Shown here: positions 30,043 through 44,700 of the stretch, piece by piece | Numbering within the stretch: the first letter of the stretch is position 1 | Layout of the letters: every line of letters begins with the position of its first letter | NCBI RefSeq assembly: GCF_009914755.1 | Contig: NC_060930.1 | DNA length: 64,000 bases | Source: the human T2T-CHM13v2.0 reference genome, Homo sapiens | Reading direction: 5' to 3' (one strand) | Position numbers and translations under genes: made by a program | Notes under the pieces: generated by a model | The model's input: only the letters and a program-made list of their open reading frames with translations | Told to the model about the DNA's origin: nothing | Databases searched by the model: none

Positions 30043-33000
30043 CTTTTTTTTTTTTTTTACTTTTAAGTTTGGGATACATGTGCAGGTTTGTTACCTAGGT
30101 AAACCTGTGTCATGGGGGTTTGTTGTACAGATTATTTTGTCACCCAGGTATTAAGCCTACTACCCACTAGTTATTTTTCCTGATCCTCTCCCTCCTCCCA
30201 CCCTCCAAAAGACCCCAGTGTCTGTTGCTCCCTCTGTGTGTCCATGTGTTCTCATCCCACTTGTAAGTGAGAACTTGCAGTATTTGGTTTTTTGTTTTTG
30301 CATTCGTTTGCCAAGGATAATGGCCTCCAGCTTCATCCATGTTCCTGCAAAGGACTTTTTTATGGCTGCATAGTATTCCATGGTATATATGTACCACATT
30401 TTCTTTATCCAGTCTATCACTGATGGGCATTTAGGTTGAATCCATGTCTTTGCTATTGTGAACAGTACTGCAGTGAACATACACGTGCATGTGTCTTTAT
30501 AATAGAACAACTTCTCTTCCTTTGAGTGTATACCCAGTAATGGGATTGCTGGGCCGAATGATATTTCTGTCTTTAGGTCTTAGAGGAATTGCCACACTGT
30601 CTTCTACAATGGTTCAACTAATATACATTCCTGCTAACAGTGTATAAGTGTTCCTTTTTCTCTGCAACCTTTCCAGCATCTGTTGTTTTTTGACTTTTTA
30701 GTAATAGCCATTCTGACTGGTGTGAGATGGGCTTTCATTTTGGTTTTGATTTGCATTTCTCTAATAATCAGTGATGCAGAGCTTTTTTTTCATATGATTG
30801 TTGGCTGCATGTATGTCTTCTTTAGAAAAGTGTCTGTTCATGTCCTTTGCCCATTTTTTAATGATTTTTTTTCGTGTAAATTTGTTTAAGTCCCTCACAG
30901 ATGGTGGATATTAGATCTCTGTCAGATGTATAGTTAGTAAAAATTTTCTCTTATTCTGTAAGTTGTCTGTTTACTCTCTTGATAGTTTATTTTGCTGTGC
31001 AGAAGCTCTTTAGTTTAATTAGATCCCATTTGTCATTTTTTGCTTCTGTTGCAATTGCTTTTGGATCTTCATCATGAAATCTTTGCCTGTGCCTATGTCC
31101 TGAATGGTATTGCCTATATTGTCTTCCAGAGTTTTTGTACTTCTGGGTTTTACATTTAAGACATTAATCCATCTTGAGTTAATTTTTGTATGTGGTGTAA
31201 GGAAGGGGTCCAGTTTCAATCTTCTGCATATGGCTAGCCAATTCTCCCAGGATCATTTATTGAATAGGGAATCCTTTCCCCATTGCTTGTTTTAGTAAGG
31301 TTTGTCAAAGACTAGATAGTTGTAGATGTGTGGCCTTATTTCTGGGTTCTCTATTCTGTTCTATTGGTCTGCGTGTCTGTTTTTGTACCAGTACCATGCT
31401 GTTTTGGTTACTTTAGCCCTGTAGTGTAGCTTGAAGTTGGGTAGCATGATGCCTCCAGCTTTGTTCTTATTGCTGAGGATTGTGTTGGCTATTTGGGCTC
31501 TTTTTTGGTTCCATATGAATTTTAAGATAGTTTTTTCTAGTTCTGTGAAAAATGTCAGTGGTAGTTTAATAGGAATAGCATCGAATCTGTAAATTGCTTT
31601 GGGCAGTATGGCCATTTTCACAATATTGATTCTTCCTATCCATGAACATGGAATGTTTTTCCATTTATTTGTGTCATCTCTGATTTCTTTGAGCAGTGGT
31701 TTGTAGTTCTTGTAGAGATCTTTCACCTCCCTAGTTAGCTGTATTCCTAGGTGTTTTATTCTTTTTTGTGGCAATTGTGAATGGGAGTTTGTCCCTGATT
31801 TGGCTCTTAGTTTGACTGTTGTTGGTGTATAGGAATGCTAGTGATTTTTGCACATTGATTTTGTGTTCTTAGACTTTACTGAAGTTGTTTATCAGCTTAA
31901 GAACCTTTGGGCTGAGACTGTTGGGTTTTCTAGAAATAGAATCATATTATCTGCAAAAAGGGATAGTTTGACTTCCTCTCTTCCTATTTGGATACCTTTT
32001 ATTTCTTTCTCTTGCCCGATTACCCTGACCAGCACTTGCAATACTATATTGAATAGGAGTGTTGAGAGAAGACATTCTTGTCTTGTGCCAGTTTTCAAGG
32101 GGAATGCTTCCAGCTTCTGGCCATTTGGTATGATGTTGGCTGTGGGTTTGTCATATATGGTTTTTATTATTTTGAGGTATGTTCCTTCGATACCTTGCTT
32201 ATTGAGTTTTTAACATGAATGGATGTTGAATTTTATTGAAAGCATCTGGGTCTATTGAGATAATCATGTGATTTTTGTCTTTAGTTCTGTTTATATGGTG
32301 AGTCACATTTATTGATTTGCATATGTTGAACCAACCTTGCATCCCAGGGATAAAGCCTACTTGATCGTAGTGGATAAGCTTTTTGATGTGCTGCTGGATT
32401 CGATTTGCCAGTATTTTGTTGAGGATTTTTGCATTGGTGTTCACAAGGATATTGGCCTGAAGTTTTCTTTTTTTGTTGTATCTCTAACAGGTTTTGTTAT
32501 CAGGATGATGCTGGCCTCATAGAATGAGTTAGGGAGGAGTCCCTCCTCCTCAGTTTTTTTGGAATAGTTTCAGTAGAAATGGTACTAGTTCTTCTTTGTA
32601 CATCTTCTAGAATTCAGCTTGGAATCTGTCTGGACCTGGATTTTTGTTTTGTTGTTGTTGTTGTCATTTTTTGCTTGTAGGCTATTTATTACTGCCTCAG
32701 TTTCAGAGCTTATTACTGGTCTGTTCAGGGATTGAGTTTCTTCTTGGTTCAGTCATGGGACGGTGTATATGTCCAGGAATTTATCTATTTCTTCTAGATT
32801 TTCTAGTGTATGTGAATAGAGGTGTTCATACTATTCTCTGATGGTTGTTAGTATTTCTGTGGGGTCAGCGTTAATATCCCCCTTGTTGCTTCTGATTGTG
32901 TTTGTTTGAATCTTCTTTCTTTACTAGTCTAGCCTCCGGTCTATATACTTTATTAGTTTTTCAAAAAAAAAAATAGCTGCCAGATTCATTGACCTTTTGA

Positions 33001-36000
33001 ATGGTTTTTCGTGTCTCAGTCTCCTTCAGTTCAGCTCTGATGTTGAGTATCCTTGTTAATTTTGTCTTGATGATCTCTCTACTATTGTCAGTGTGGTGTT
33101 AAAGTCTCCCTCTATTATTGTGTGGGAGTCTAAGTCTCTTTGAAGGTCTCTAAAAACTTGCTTTATTATGGCCAGGTGTGGTGGCTTATGCCTGTAATCC
33201 CAGCACTTTGGGAGGCTGAGATGGGTGGATCACAAGGTCAGGAGATCGATACTATCTTGGCTAACACGGTGAAACCCCGTCTCTACTAAACAAAATAAAA
33301 AAAATTAGCTGGACGTGGTGGCAGGCACCTGTATTCCCAGCTACTCAGGAGGCTGAGGCAGGAGAATGGCATGAACCCAGGTGGAGCTTGCAGTGAGCCG
33401 AGATTGCGCCACTGCACTCCAGGCTGGGTGACAGAGCAAGACTCCATCTCAAAAAAAACAAAAAACAAAAAACTTGCTTTATTAATCTGAGTGTTCCTGT
33501 GTTGGGTGCATATATATTTAGGATAGTTATATCTTCTTGTTGAATTGAACCCTTTATCATTATGTAATGCCATTCTTTGTCTTTTTTTTTAAAGCTTTGT
33601 TGGTTTTAACTCTGTTTTGTCAGAAACTAGAATTGCAACCCCTGCTTTTTTCTGTTTCCCGTTTGCTTGATAGATTTTACTTTGTCCCTTTATTTTGAGC
33701 CTGTGGGTTTCATTGCATGTAAGATGGGTCTGTTGAAGACAGCATACTGATGGGTCTTAGTCCTTTATCCAGTTTGCCACTGTGTGCCTTTTAAATGGGG
33801 TATTTAGTCCATTTACATTCAAGGTTAGAATTGATACGTGTGAACCTATCATCAGGATGTTAGCGGTCATTTTGCACACTTGTTTATGTGGTTGCTTTAT
33901 AGTGTCATTGGTCTGTGTACTTCAGGGTGTTTTTCTAGTGGCTGAGAATGGTCTTTCCTTTCCGTATTTAGTGCTTCTTTCAGGAGCTCTTGCAAGGCAG
34001 TTCTGGTGGTAACAAATTCCCACAGCATGTTTGTCTGAAAAGGATGTATTTCTCCTTTGCTTACGAAGCTTGGTTTGGCTGCATATGAAATTCTGAGTTG
34101 GAAATTCTTTTCTTCAAGAAGGTGAATATTGGCCCCCAATCTCTTCTGGCTTTTAGGGCTTCAGCTGAGAGGTCCACTGTTAGTTTGATGGGCTTCCCTT
34201 TGTAGGTGACCTGACCTTTCTCTCTAGCTGCCTTTAACATTGTTTCTTTCATTTGGCCTTGGAGAATATGATGATAATGTGCCTTGGGGATGATCTTCTA
34301 GTGAGTATCTGACTGGGGTTCTCTGCATTTCTTTAATTTGAATGTTGGCTTCTTTAGATGGGTTGGGGAATTTCTCATGGATGATATCCTGAAATATGTT
34401 TTCCAAGTTGGTTCCATTCTCTTTCTGGTATACCAGTGAGTCGTAGAGTCAGTCTCTTTACATAATCCCACATTACTCAGAGGGTTTGTTCATACCTTTT
34501 CATTCTTTTTTTTTCTCTATTCTTGTCTTATTTCAGAAAGCCAGTCTTCAAGCTCTGAGATTCTTTCCTCCGCTTGGTCTGTTCTGCTATTAGTACTTGT
34601 GATTACATTATGAAATTCTTGTAGTATGTTTTTCAGTTCTATCAGGTCAGAAATGTTCTCTATGCTGGCTATTTTGTCTGTCATGTTTTATCATGATTTT
34701 TAGCTTCCTTGGATTGGGTTTCAACATATTCCTGTAGCTCAATGAACTTCATTTCTATTCCTATTCTGAATTCTATTTCTGTCATGTCAGCCATCTCAGC
34801 CAGGTTCAGAACCCTTGCTGGAGAAAAGTGCAGTTGTTTTGGAGGAAAAAAGGCACTTCTGGCTTTTTGAGTTGTCAGAGTTCTTGCACTGGTTCTTTCT
34901 CATCTTTGTGGGCTAATGTTTCTTCAATCTTTGAAGCTGTTGACCTTTATATGGCCTTTTTTTCTTTTATCCTATTTGATGACCTTAAGGGTTCGATTGT
35001 GGGATCAGGTGGATTCAGTCGACAGGTATTGTTTCTGGAAGATTATAGGGGGCCAACGTTCAGCTGCCAACTCCTGGACTGTGTGCTCTAACTCTGGAAT
35101 ACTTGTATTGGGCTCTGACTTTGTTCTCTGGCTCCTCGAGGTTAGGTATCCGATGCGCTGAGGGTGCCAACGTGTAGTGACTGCTGGTCACTATGCTTTG
35201 ATGGGTGGTGTCAGCCAAAGCATTTCATGGTGCGGTGGCGGTGGGATATGTCCTCATTCGCATGTGCCAGTGGCAGCGAAAGCATGGTGGCTGCAGCAGG
35301 ATGCCAGCAGGTGCCTGCCTCCATGTGGGCATTCACAGCAGCAGCAGAGGCAGCATGGCTGAGGGGGCGGGGGAGGCCCTGCTGGTGACTGTGCATGCAG
35401 TCATCATGGTGATCCTGTTAGCACAGGGGCAGGGCACTGGTAGGTGCAGGTCTATATACACTCTCTGTGTGCTGCAGGCAGTGGTGGTCACTGAGGGCTG
35501 GGGAAGGTCCACTGGCCTCTGTGCATAGTTTCATTCCCATGGCAGCATTGGCACAGGGGTGGGATGAGGACGGGGCAGGCTGGCTCTGTGCCCACCAAGG
35601 CTCCAGCTGCAATGGCAGTGCAGCTGAAGGAGGGAGGTGGATTGCACCCCCAACTGCAGCAGTGGCAGGACAGGGTACATGCGCACATGTGCACTGGTAG
35701 GGCAAGGAAGACAAAACCCACCTGCGCACACACATGTTGGCAGAGTGATGTTGGAAGTGGCAGTGAGCCTGCGGGAAGCTGCAGTGGAGGGAGGGAGAGG
35801 GTGGGCTGCTGGGTGGCCATGGGGGCCACCCCACTAGAGCTCTTCACCAATCAGGTGCCAGTCCACCAGCACAGGGTCTCTGATGCAGGCCCCCAGGACA
35901 CCTAAGGCTTCCCTGCAAGCAGGGCTGGGGCCCTGGGAGAGAGGTCAGCAGACCAAGGGGTGCTCAGGTTGACTGTCCAGTCTGATGGGCAAGAGCGCCC

Positions 36001-36498
36001 TGCAGAGTTCAGGTCCGACAGTTCCCCTAGGGCTAAAGTCTCCTATGGGAACAAGTCAACCCTAGGGGGATGAGTGTCCCTGGCTGTGCTCCACTACAAA
36101 CGCTCCCATACCAAACCCTCTGGGCTCTGCATAAGCCAGCGTGTTGCCCCTACCACTTCTCTGAGCAGCTCTTCCTGCCAACTCGAGTGTCTGTGATGGT
36201 CAGGGAGTCTCCTTCTGTCAGGATTCCAGAGGCCTTGGCGAGAGTAAGTTTCTCCTTACCAGTTCAACTCACCCATTCCCCCAGAGTCACTGGGGGCCAG
36301 GAATGAATGCCAGTGCATGGTAGTCCCATGCAGGGTTCCCAGCTTCTTCCCTCTTCAGCCCAGCTTCTGTGTCTTCCCTCCACCACTCTCAGTGCCTTCC
36401 CTCTGAAGATCTGTTAGGAGTGCTCCAGTTGTCCTGGTCCCTTGGTGGCAGCTGTTCCGCCTGGCTGCCTCTAGTCAGCCATCTTGCCCAGCACCCCT
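30043..36498 (-). mobile_element. Near full-length L1 (L1PA13/L1PREC2-like), antisense in FIG4 intron 1, with an internal ORF2 deletion
   Basis: Poly-T tail at about 30044; ORF2 and ORF1 fragments on - in the ORF track; 5' end on - reads GGGCAAGATGGCTGACTAGAGGCAGCC; TSD TCAGTATT at 30035-30042 and 36499-36506; deletion junction near 33040. Confidence 0.92.
33170..33472 (+). mobile_element. AluY nested in the L1
   Basis: TSD AAAAACTTGCTTTATTA at 33152-33168 and 33468-33484. Confidence 0.92.
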
Positions 36499-37129
36499 TC
36501 AGTATTTATTTAATAAGACTAATGTGATTGTGTTTAGTCAGAACGCTCCAAGGAACTGTTTTAGGAAAGAAAGAATGATGATAATTTCTTGTAGCTTATC
36601 TATAAAAGGTCATTTGGGAAGGACAACCATTTTAATCATTTATGGGACTTTTGGGTAGATTTTATAGTTACTATATTAAAGACATTTGCAGACATTTATG
36701 AAAATTTGTAAGTAGTTTTTTGATAAGCTGTCAGTACTTTAGTAGCTATAATTGCCTAAGCGTTCCTAATTATATGTTGAGCTTTAGAATTTTTACCAGA
36801 GCTTCTTCCTGGTAAAGCTTAAACATCAGCCTCCAATCAGTTAGATTAATCTCTAAATTTATGACAATTAAATTCATCTGACCTGGTTACTGGGCACATT
36901 TCAGACATCAGACTGATCTTTATCATGAAACCACTAGGAATATTTTAATTTTAAAATTGACCTTTTGGAGTCAGCTTTTCTTTAATCTGCCAGTTATACA
37001 TAACAGAAATATTTCTTTAAAAAGTAACCTGACTTTATTAATGTATTTAATTTCAAAAACTAAAGTGGTATAAAATGTGTATAGGGCAAAATGCTTTGAT
37101 AAACTAATGACATTCCTTTTTATTTATAG

Positions 37130-37246
<117 letters not shown>

Positions 37247-38496
37247 TGACTGCAAAAAAACTTTCATACCTGTTGTTTAAAGGACATGAAATATCCTTAC
37301 AGTTTTTAGTGATATATTATTTTTATCTTAAATCTAAAAGTTTCCGTTATTTTTCTTGGTTGGCTAGAATTTGAATCTCCAATCTGATTTCTAGAAATCA
37401 CTGGTGTCAAGAAGTACGCCAGAATTATACTTTGCCCCTCGTTTTGACTTGTTTTCGAAAACACACTCTTAGGATAAGATAATGAGTATTGTTTCTTAAA
37501 GAGGGCTGACATTTTAAGGATTCAGTGTAACTTAATATTGTATCTGCCAAAGAGACGATCTGTTATGGTTCTTTAATATCAAGCTACTTGAAGTCAGGGA
37601 GGACTTCTATGCTACAGACTTTATTTTCCTCCTAAAAATCACCTCTAGGACCTTTACTGATGATTTGCTATACACTAAGGAAATGTTAAGCTGTTCTTAT
37701 CCAGAGTTAGATTATCCAGAGTCAAGAATACAGAGGCTGGAATTCAGATGGCACAAAAACCTGAAGCTGTTAGTCAAAAGTGAAATACTATATGGTGGTT
37801 TGAACAGTTAAGTTTAACTGTTCACACAAAAGAACTCAAGTTATCTTTTGTGTTGAAATTCCTGTCTGTGACTATTTCGGAATCCATAAAGATTCCTGGT
37901 TTCTCAAATATGTAGTAACTACAGTTTGGAATCCATTTTCACTAAGCTACTTGTAACAAAACTATTTTCTGTGTTGTAATAATTTTAGATAAATTCTTTG
38001 TTACGATTTCCCATGCTACTCCTGGGGTCCATTCTGCTCCCCACCTATCTGAGCATTTTTAACAATATAATGTAATGGTTCTTGGCTTTATTTGGAGATC
38101 GGAGCAATTGGTCAGAGAGCCCTTTGAAATGTTAAGAAAATCTATGGGCCTTCTCGTTAAAGATGCACATTTACTCAAAATTTTGCACATAGTTTTAAGG
38201 GATTCATGGACTCTTGAAATTTACCTGTAGATCCCTTAAATCTCTGCATCTCTGGTTTAGAGTATAAGGTTTGGACATTTTTTTTAGTATAGCAGCATGA
38301 TCCAATAACCAACCTTAATTGCTAATGTTAAAGAACTTGTTAGCTTTTTAAAATTGTAGCTTACTTGTGTACTATTATATACTTCTGTATGAAATAGCTG
38401 ATGATGCTTGTAGGTAACTTTTTAACTTTCAGGCACAAATAATAAATAATCTAAAGTTTAAGCACAACCTTACAGAGTAAATGTGCTTATTCTTAG

Positions 38497-38715
<219 letters not shown>

Positions 38716-39031
38716 TAAAATTATAATTACCTGTAGCTTTGGTTATTTAAAACTTCATTATCCATCAATCAGATAGCAAACAGCGTTTCTGTAGCATCTG
38801 CTTATGCACTTAGCACTGCTCAGTTTTATTTAGGATACAAACAAATATCAAAATGTTTTTGGCCTTTGAGGAGGTTGCTGTCTGTCTCATTGATGAATGA
38901 AAAAGTAAAAATTAGCTTGGACTGGACTGTAAACATCCACCCTGCCATTCATCAGCTGGAGTAACAAATCACGTAAAACTGGATTTAAAATTAATAGGAA
39001 TTTCTCCTAAGGTTAGTCTATAGTTATAAAA

Positions 39032-39555
39032 TGTCATAACCCCCTTCTTTGGATGACTGCTTTTTTTTTTTTTTTTTTAACTCACTGAGAAACTTTGGTT
39101 TCTAAAATCACAGACCATCAGAAACTTCACTGTTTGAAATTGTGTTAGTAAGATAAAACATCCCACATTTACTTGGACAACCCAAGTCACTGTGACACAG
39201 AGAAGCAGCTTTGGTTTACCAACTCAGGTGCAGAGCTTCAGAGACGAGGTTTCTGAACACAGTAGTCCATAGATATGATGATTCTGTTGTTTTCAAGGAA
39301 ACAGGACCCTTGGTCTACTTCATAGTCCAAACGTGATATTGATCTCTTTAAATATCACCTTGCTTTGGTTTGAGCCTCTTCATTTAAATTTTACCTGAGC
39401 TCCACCTTTCCCCCAATTCTGTAATAACTCCTTTACTTTAGCAAGATGCTCCATGGTTTCTCTGATATGCATTGTCCCTCCTTGTGGTGGATCAATAAAC
39501 CTGTCTTTACTGTACTATGGGTTTGTCCCTGATTGGTCTGTGGCAGAGGATAAAA
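39032..39555 (+). mobile_element. Old ERV1-type LTR (MER31/MER67-like)
   Basis: TGTCA start; AATAAACC followed by the typical TTTGTCCCTGATTGGTCTGTGGC tail. Confidence 0.45.
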
Positions 39556-39993
39556 TCCAATGTACATGAAACAACTCTAAGATTATAAGTAAGAGCCAAG
39601 CTGTGTAGTATGAATTAAATGGTGTTGGAGGTCACAGAAGAGGTAAATTACTTGGACCTGGAATGGCCAGGGAAGATTTCCTATAGTAGATGAGACTTGA
39701 GCTGTACCTTGAAGGAGGAACAAGGTATGGATAAATGCAGAGAAGAAAAGAGGGAACTCCAGTAAGGGTGACAGCAGAGGCACATACATGAAGGTACCCA
39801 GAGGTGCTGGGAATGCTGGGGAGTAGTCAGGCAAGGCCAGATTGCTTTGGGCTTTGAAAGCCAAAGCAGAGGGCTATTGTATTTTAGCATCTCTGCTGCC
39901 AGCACCTTATTTTGAGTCTTTTTTTCTGTAAACACTTAGGAAATTATCTCTGTGTTTCTTAAACCTACTGGACTGTGTGTAATATTAAGTGGT

Positions 39994-40418
39994 TGTATTG
40001 GTTTGTTCTCGCATTGCTATAAAGAAATACCTGAGACTGGGTAATTTATAAAGAAAAGAGGCTTAATTGGCTCATGGTTCTGCAGGCTGTACAGGAAGCA
40101 TAGCAGCTTCTGCTTCTAGGAGGCCCCAGGAAACTTACAATTATGGCAGAAGGGGAAGGGACAGCAGGTGTGTCTTAGATGACTGGAGCTTAATTAAGGA
40201 ATGGTGGGGGAGGTGCCACACATTTTTAAGCAACACTTTTAAGCAACCAGATCTCATGACAACTCTGTATCACGAGAACAGCACCAAAGGGGTGGTTGTA
40301 AACCATTCAATCATCCATCCCCATGACCCAGGCACCTCCCACCAGGCCCCATCTCCAACAATGGAGGATTACAATGGAACATGAGATTTGTGTGAAGACA
40401 CAAATGCAAACCGTATCA
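39994..40418 (-). mobile_element. MSTA-type MaLR solo LTR
   Basis: TG...CA ends; perfect TSD GTGGT; ACCTGAGACTGGGTAATTTATAAAGAAAAGAGG. Confidence 0.9.
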
Positions 40419-40973
40419 GTGGTTTCTACAGATATTAACAAAATTAATATGGACTTGACTATGCTATATGTTTTTCAGATTCTTATTTTGGGTCTTCTGT
40501 TTAGCACTTTCTATTTTGTGACTGTATGTCTATGAAAACTTTGATTATATTCTGCCATCCTTGGAGTTTGCTTTTCTAAGAATACTGTCGTTGCTCTTCA
40601 TACGTAATCCCTTTAGGCTCATTTTGTGTGTTAGGTGGCTGCAGGGGAAGGTAAAGAGTAGTATAACATGACTGGTTTCTTCTCCTCAGGCCTGGCCCCT
40701 TTTCTATGCCTTTTGCTTAGTCTTGAGAAGGCCCTTGAGGTTACATGTTGAATGGATGAGTGTTTGTGGGAATGTGTATGTCTGTATGTGTCACGTGAGT
40801 TCATGTGCTTAAATGCCATAAATGCCAGTATGTTAAATTCCACTTTCAGTCCTGCTTATATTTTAAATTTAAGAAAAAAATACTGTAAATAAAATGTGTT
40901 TAAAATATAGTAGACTCTAATTTAAATAATAGTTACTTAATAGTTTAAGCTTAAATGTTGATACCTTATTACA

Positions 40974-41272
40974 TTTTTTTTTTTTTTTTTGAGACAGAGC
41001 CTTGCTGTGTCACCCAGGCTGGAGTGCAGTGGCGCGACCTTGGCTAACTGCAACCTCCACCTCCTGAGTTCAAGCCATTCTCGTGCCTCAGCCTCCCGAG
41101 TAGCTGGGATTACCAGTGTGCGCCACCATGCCTGGCTGGTTATTGCATTTTTTGTAGAGATGGGGTTTCGCCATGTTGGCCAGGCTGATCTCAAGCTCCT
41201 GGCCTCAAGCAATCTGCCTGTCTCAGCCTCCCAAAGTGCTGGGATTGCAGATGTGAGTCACTATGCCTGGCC
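40974..41272 (-). mobile_element. Alu (S/J)
   Basis: Antisense Alu dimer. Confidence 0.9.
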
Positions 41273-41443
41273 ACAACTTTTTTGATAGGCATTTCATAAT
41301 GTGTATATACTATTGAATGCCTTATTGGCCAGATTTTATTATTCATAATTGAAGTTTTCTTGATGATTAAATGTAACGAAGTGAAAATCACTTATTGAAC
41401 TGTGTGGGTTTTGTTTTGTGTGTTTGTGTCTGTGTGTGTGTGT

Positions 41444-41748
41444 TTTTTTTTTCTTTGAGACAGGACCTTGCTCTGTCATCTAGGCTGGAATACAGTGGCC
41501 AGTCATAGCTCGCTGCAACCTCAACCTCCTGGGCTCAAATGATCTACCTGCCTCAGGCTCCTGAGTAGCTGGGACTACAGGCATATGCCGCCACGCCCGG
41601 CTAATGTTTTTTCTTTTCTTTTTTTTTTTAGAGGTGATGGTCTCACTTTGTTTTCCAGGCTGGCCTCAAACTGCTGAGCACAAGCAATCCTCCTGCCTTG
41701 GCCTCCCAAAGTGTTAGGATTACAGGCATAAGCCACCGTGCTCAGCCT
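41444..41748 (-). mobile_element. AluJ
   Basis: Antisense Alu with J-type CCTCCTGGGCTCAAATGATC. Confidence 0.88.
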
Positions 41749-44700
41749 GAACTGTGTTTAAAAATAGCTGTCCTTGGGTATTCCAGAGTTGTATTGGGCT
41801 GTTTGACTTTACATTAAATGGCCTCTAGACTGCTGGACTCTTTTGTTTTTTTTTAATACTTTGGTCACCTTTTATTGTTCTTGACATGTTTGCTTTTAGC
41901 ATATTCCTAGCCTCATTTTTAATCTATTGATAACCAAGCTTGTAAAACTAGAACTTTTCTTTGAATCAATTGATAACCAAGTTTGTAACCAGACGTTTAA
42001 TTTACACACAAGTTTTGGTTAATAAACTCTGGGTGAGGGCTGAAGGTGTCTCCATGTTTCTTTTAAAGGTGACATTCTTAGCTATTTCTGTTGAAGTTAG
42101 AGCCCTTTTAGCTTTGAGACTGTGCATGTATGGTGAAGTCATTGTAAGATTAACCTGCAAGTAAAGTAAGACAATAACGTACTGGTAAACATTTAGTATT
42201 TTTATGGAAATGTGCCTTATGTGTCCTACTTCAGTCATGTAAATAAAGTTAAGAATCCATGAAAAGTAAACAGGGAGTAATAAAAGTCTATGATTTTTCT
42301 AGTACAAGCTTAGAAATGTAGTGGATACTGAAATTATTAACACAAAATACTTATCTTTGAAAAATGTGTAGTCTAGTTGTTAAAATAACACGTGTGAAAT
42401 GACTAGAATGGTTGTGTTCTATTCTGTGGCTAAAATATTTTCTTCACTAACTTTTTGAACATGCTGAATTGGTGGAAAATATTTTTGGTGGAATGTTTTG
42501 GATTGTTGTCATGGTTTATTTAGTACACATGTCATGAGAATCTAGAACAATACTTCTCTAGGATCTGTAATAAAGGACCATTTTTCTCCCCCTCCCTCAC
42601 ATATATCACATGTTGCAGACCAACACCACATGTGACTTAAAACACGAGTTTAATACTATCCAAACTAGTCTATGCCCTGTGTGAGGGCAGATTCACTGAT
42701 CATGCACACAGATGTTGTGGGGCAATCTAAATTGTTCTAAAGTTTCTAAATCCTTCGTCTCAATTTGTTTACTTGTCTTTTCACGGGCCGGTTCTGAAAG
42801 CTCATGGACCAGCACTGGTCCCTAGGCCATGTTTTGAATATTACTGACCTAGAGGGTTTTCCTTGCTATAAACGGATTGATCCAGTCCTGTAGCTGCCTG
42901 GCCAATTCCTGATCTGTTCCTTTGTTATTTGACAGCCAGCAGGAAGTTTGGGAAACCACTGGATGGGATCGTGAGCATCCATCACTAAGTTGTTTTATGT
43001 GGTCCTAGGGCACATGAATGGAATGACCTATAGTTCATACTACTCAGTTCTGTTATCATCCCAGCTCCTTTTGATACACAGCCCTTAGGTACGTGTCCTT
43101 TTTCTGCCACTGTCGTCTGTCAGACGACACTCTTCTAAGCCTCTAGTATGTTGAAGGGGAGTGGCAAAATAAGAAGTATCAATACGGTACACTGTGATGG
43201 ACTAAGCTATTGTTTAAAACAATACCCTTACAAATAGACTGCAGATCCAAGATAACAGTGAAAACACCAAAAAAGTGTGAGTCTCAGACTAGTTAGGGGG
43301 CAGTATGATTTGGTAGTAGAGATGTCACTTTGGTTCCAGAGAGCTCTGTTGTACAAAGGCACTGGGTACCTTGCGGGGGGTTTTGTCCTTCTCTGCTGGA
43401 GTGCTGTTCTCACTGGAGGCTTTCAAGATAATAGCTGGCTGGCATGGTGACCCCCCATACAGGATATTACACTATTCCCTGTTAGTGGGCTGATGAGGGT
43501 CCTCTCCAGCCACCAGAATTGCATACTACTCCATTCTCTCATATTGTCCTTTTTAATATACTTTGCTTGGCTTCCCTCTCAAGTGACACAGCCTTTTTTA
43601 TTTTGGAGAGAGAAATCACTTTTGCATGACGACCATCATCTTGTCTTCTGGAAAGTACTCAGTGAAATTGGTCTGGGGTCAGAAGTACATAGAATGAAGA
43701 TGAAGAAACTTGTTCTGGTGTTCATCATGTTAGAAGGATGAACAGGCTGATTCTTGGTGGATGTCTATGCCAAGCTGAAGCCTTTAATTGTTGAGAGACA
43801 TTTCCAATTGGTAGTAACAAGGAAGTGGAAAATAATCTCATTTATAATATACTGAAGCCATTTGTGCTGGAAGAAGAGTGTCTCTTTTGTGCAGTATGTT
43901 TACTTTCCCTTATACAAATTATGAAGGGAAGTGTAGAATGATATAAATAGCCTGGTGCTAAAAACATAAAATTAAAATTCAATTAGAATGCAGGTTGAGA
44001 GAAATTATTACTAAGAATTTTTATCTAAAAAATAAATATACAGCAAGAATAAAAGGAAAACTAATTTATCTTGTAAATATTTATTATTTAATCCCAATTA
44101 CATTCCATTTTTAAGTTTTTTGGTGTGTGTGCTGCTTCTGAAATGCTTACTTTTGTAAGTTTTATATTTCTGAAAGGATGACTACTTCCTAAGTTGCTTT
44201 TAGTAAAGTTGTCATCAGCTTTTTTTTTTTCCTTCCTTCCCATTCCTGTGTCCTCCAACTTTAGTGAGGTCATTTTTGGCGAGTCTCTAACCTTTTTTAA
44301 AAAACACTTTGTGTTTTGTGGATTTCTAAAATACCAATATTTTTCATTATTTTAATAGCATTTTTTTCGCAGTGGCATGGCCGATAAGATTCTTGAGGCA
44401 TCTTTCCATTATAGATTTCAGCTCATTCATGTTAATGTATTCAATTAGTCATTCTTTTTTCATCAGCTGAGAATAACAAGACATAGATCATAGGTATTTG
44501 CCAATTCTAGAGCAAAAATTCAGACAGAGCACCAGGATCCTAGCTTAGACTTTATAGACTATAACACTCTGAGAGAGAGACACACACACACATACAGAGA
44601 GAGAAACAAAGGGAATGTATGTGTAAGAAAGTTCATTTTGAAAGATAGCTAGATATAAGATTCTTATATATATATATATATTTTAGTACTTTATGGCATC

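Noticed and set aside
34828-36306. GC-rich block with many ORFs, resembling a second gene or promoter
   Set aside because: It is the CpG-decayed 5'UTR of the antisense L1
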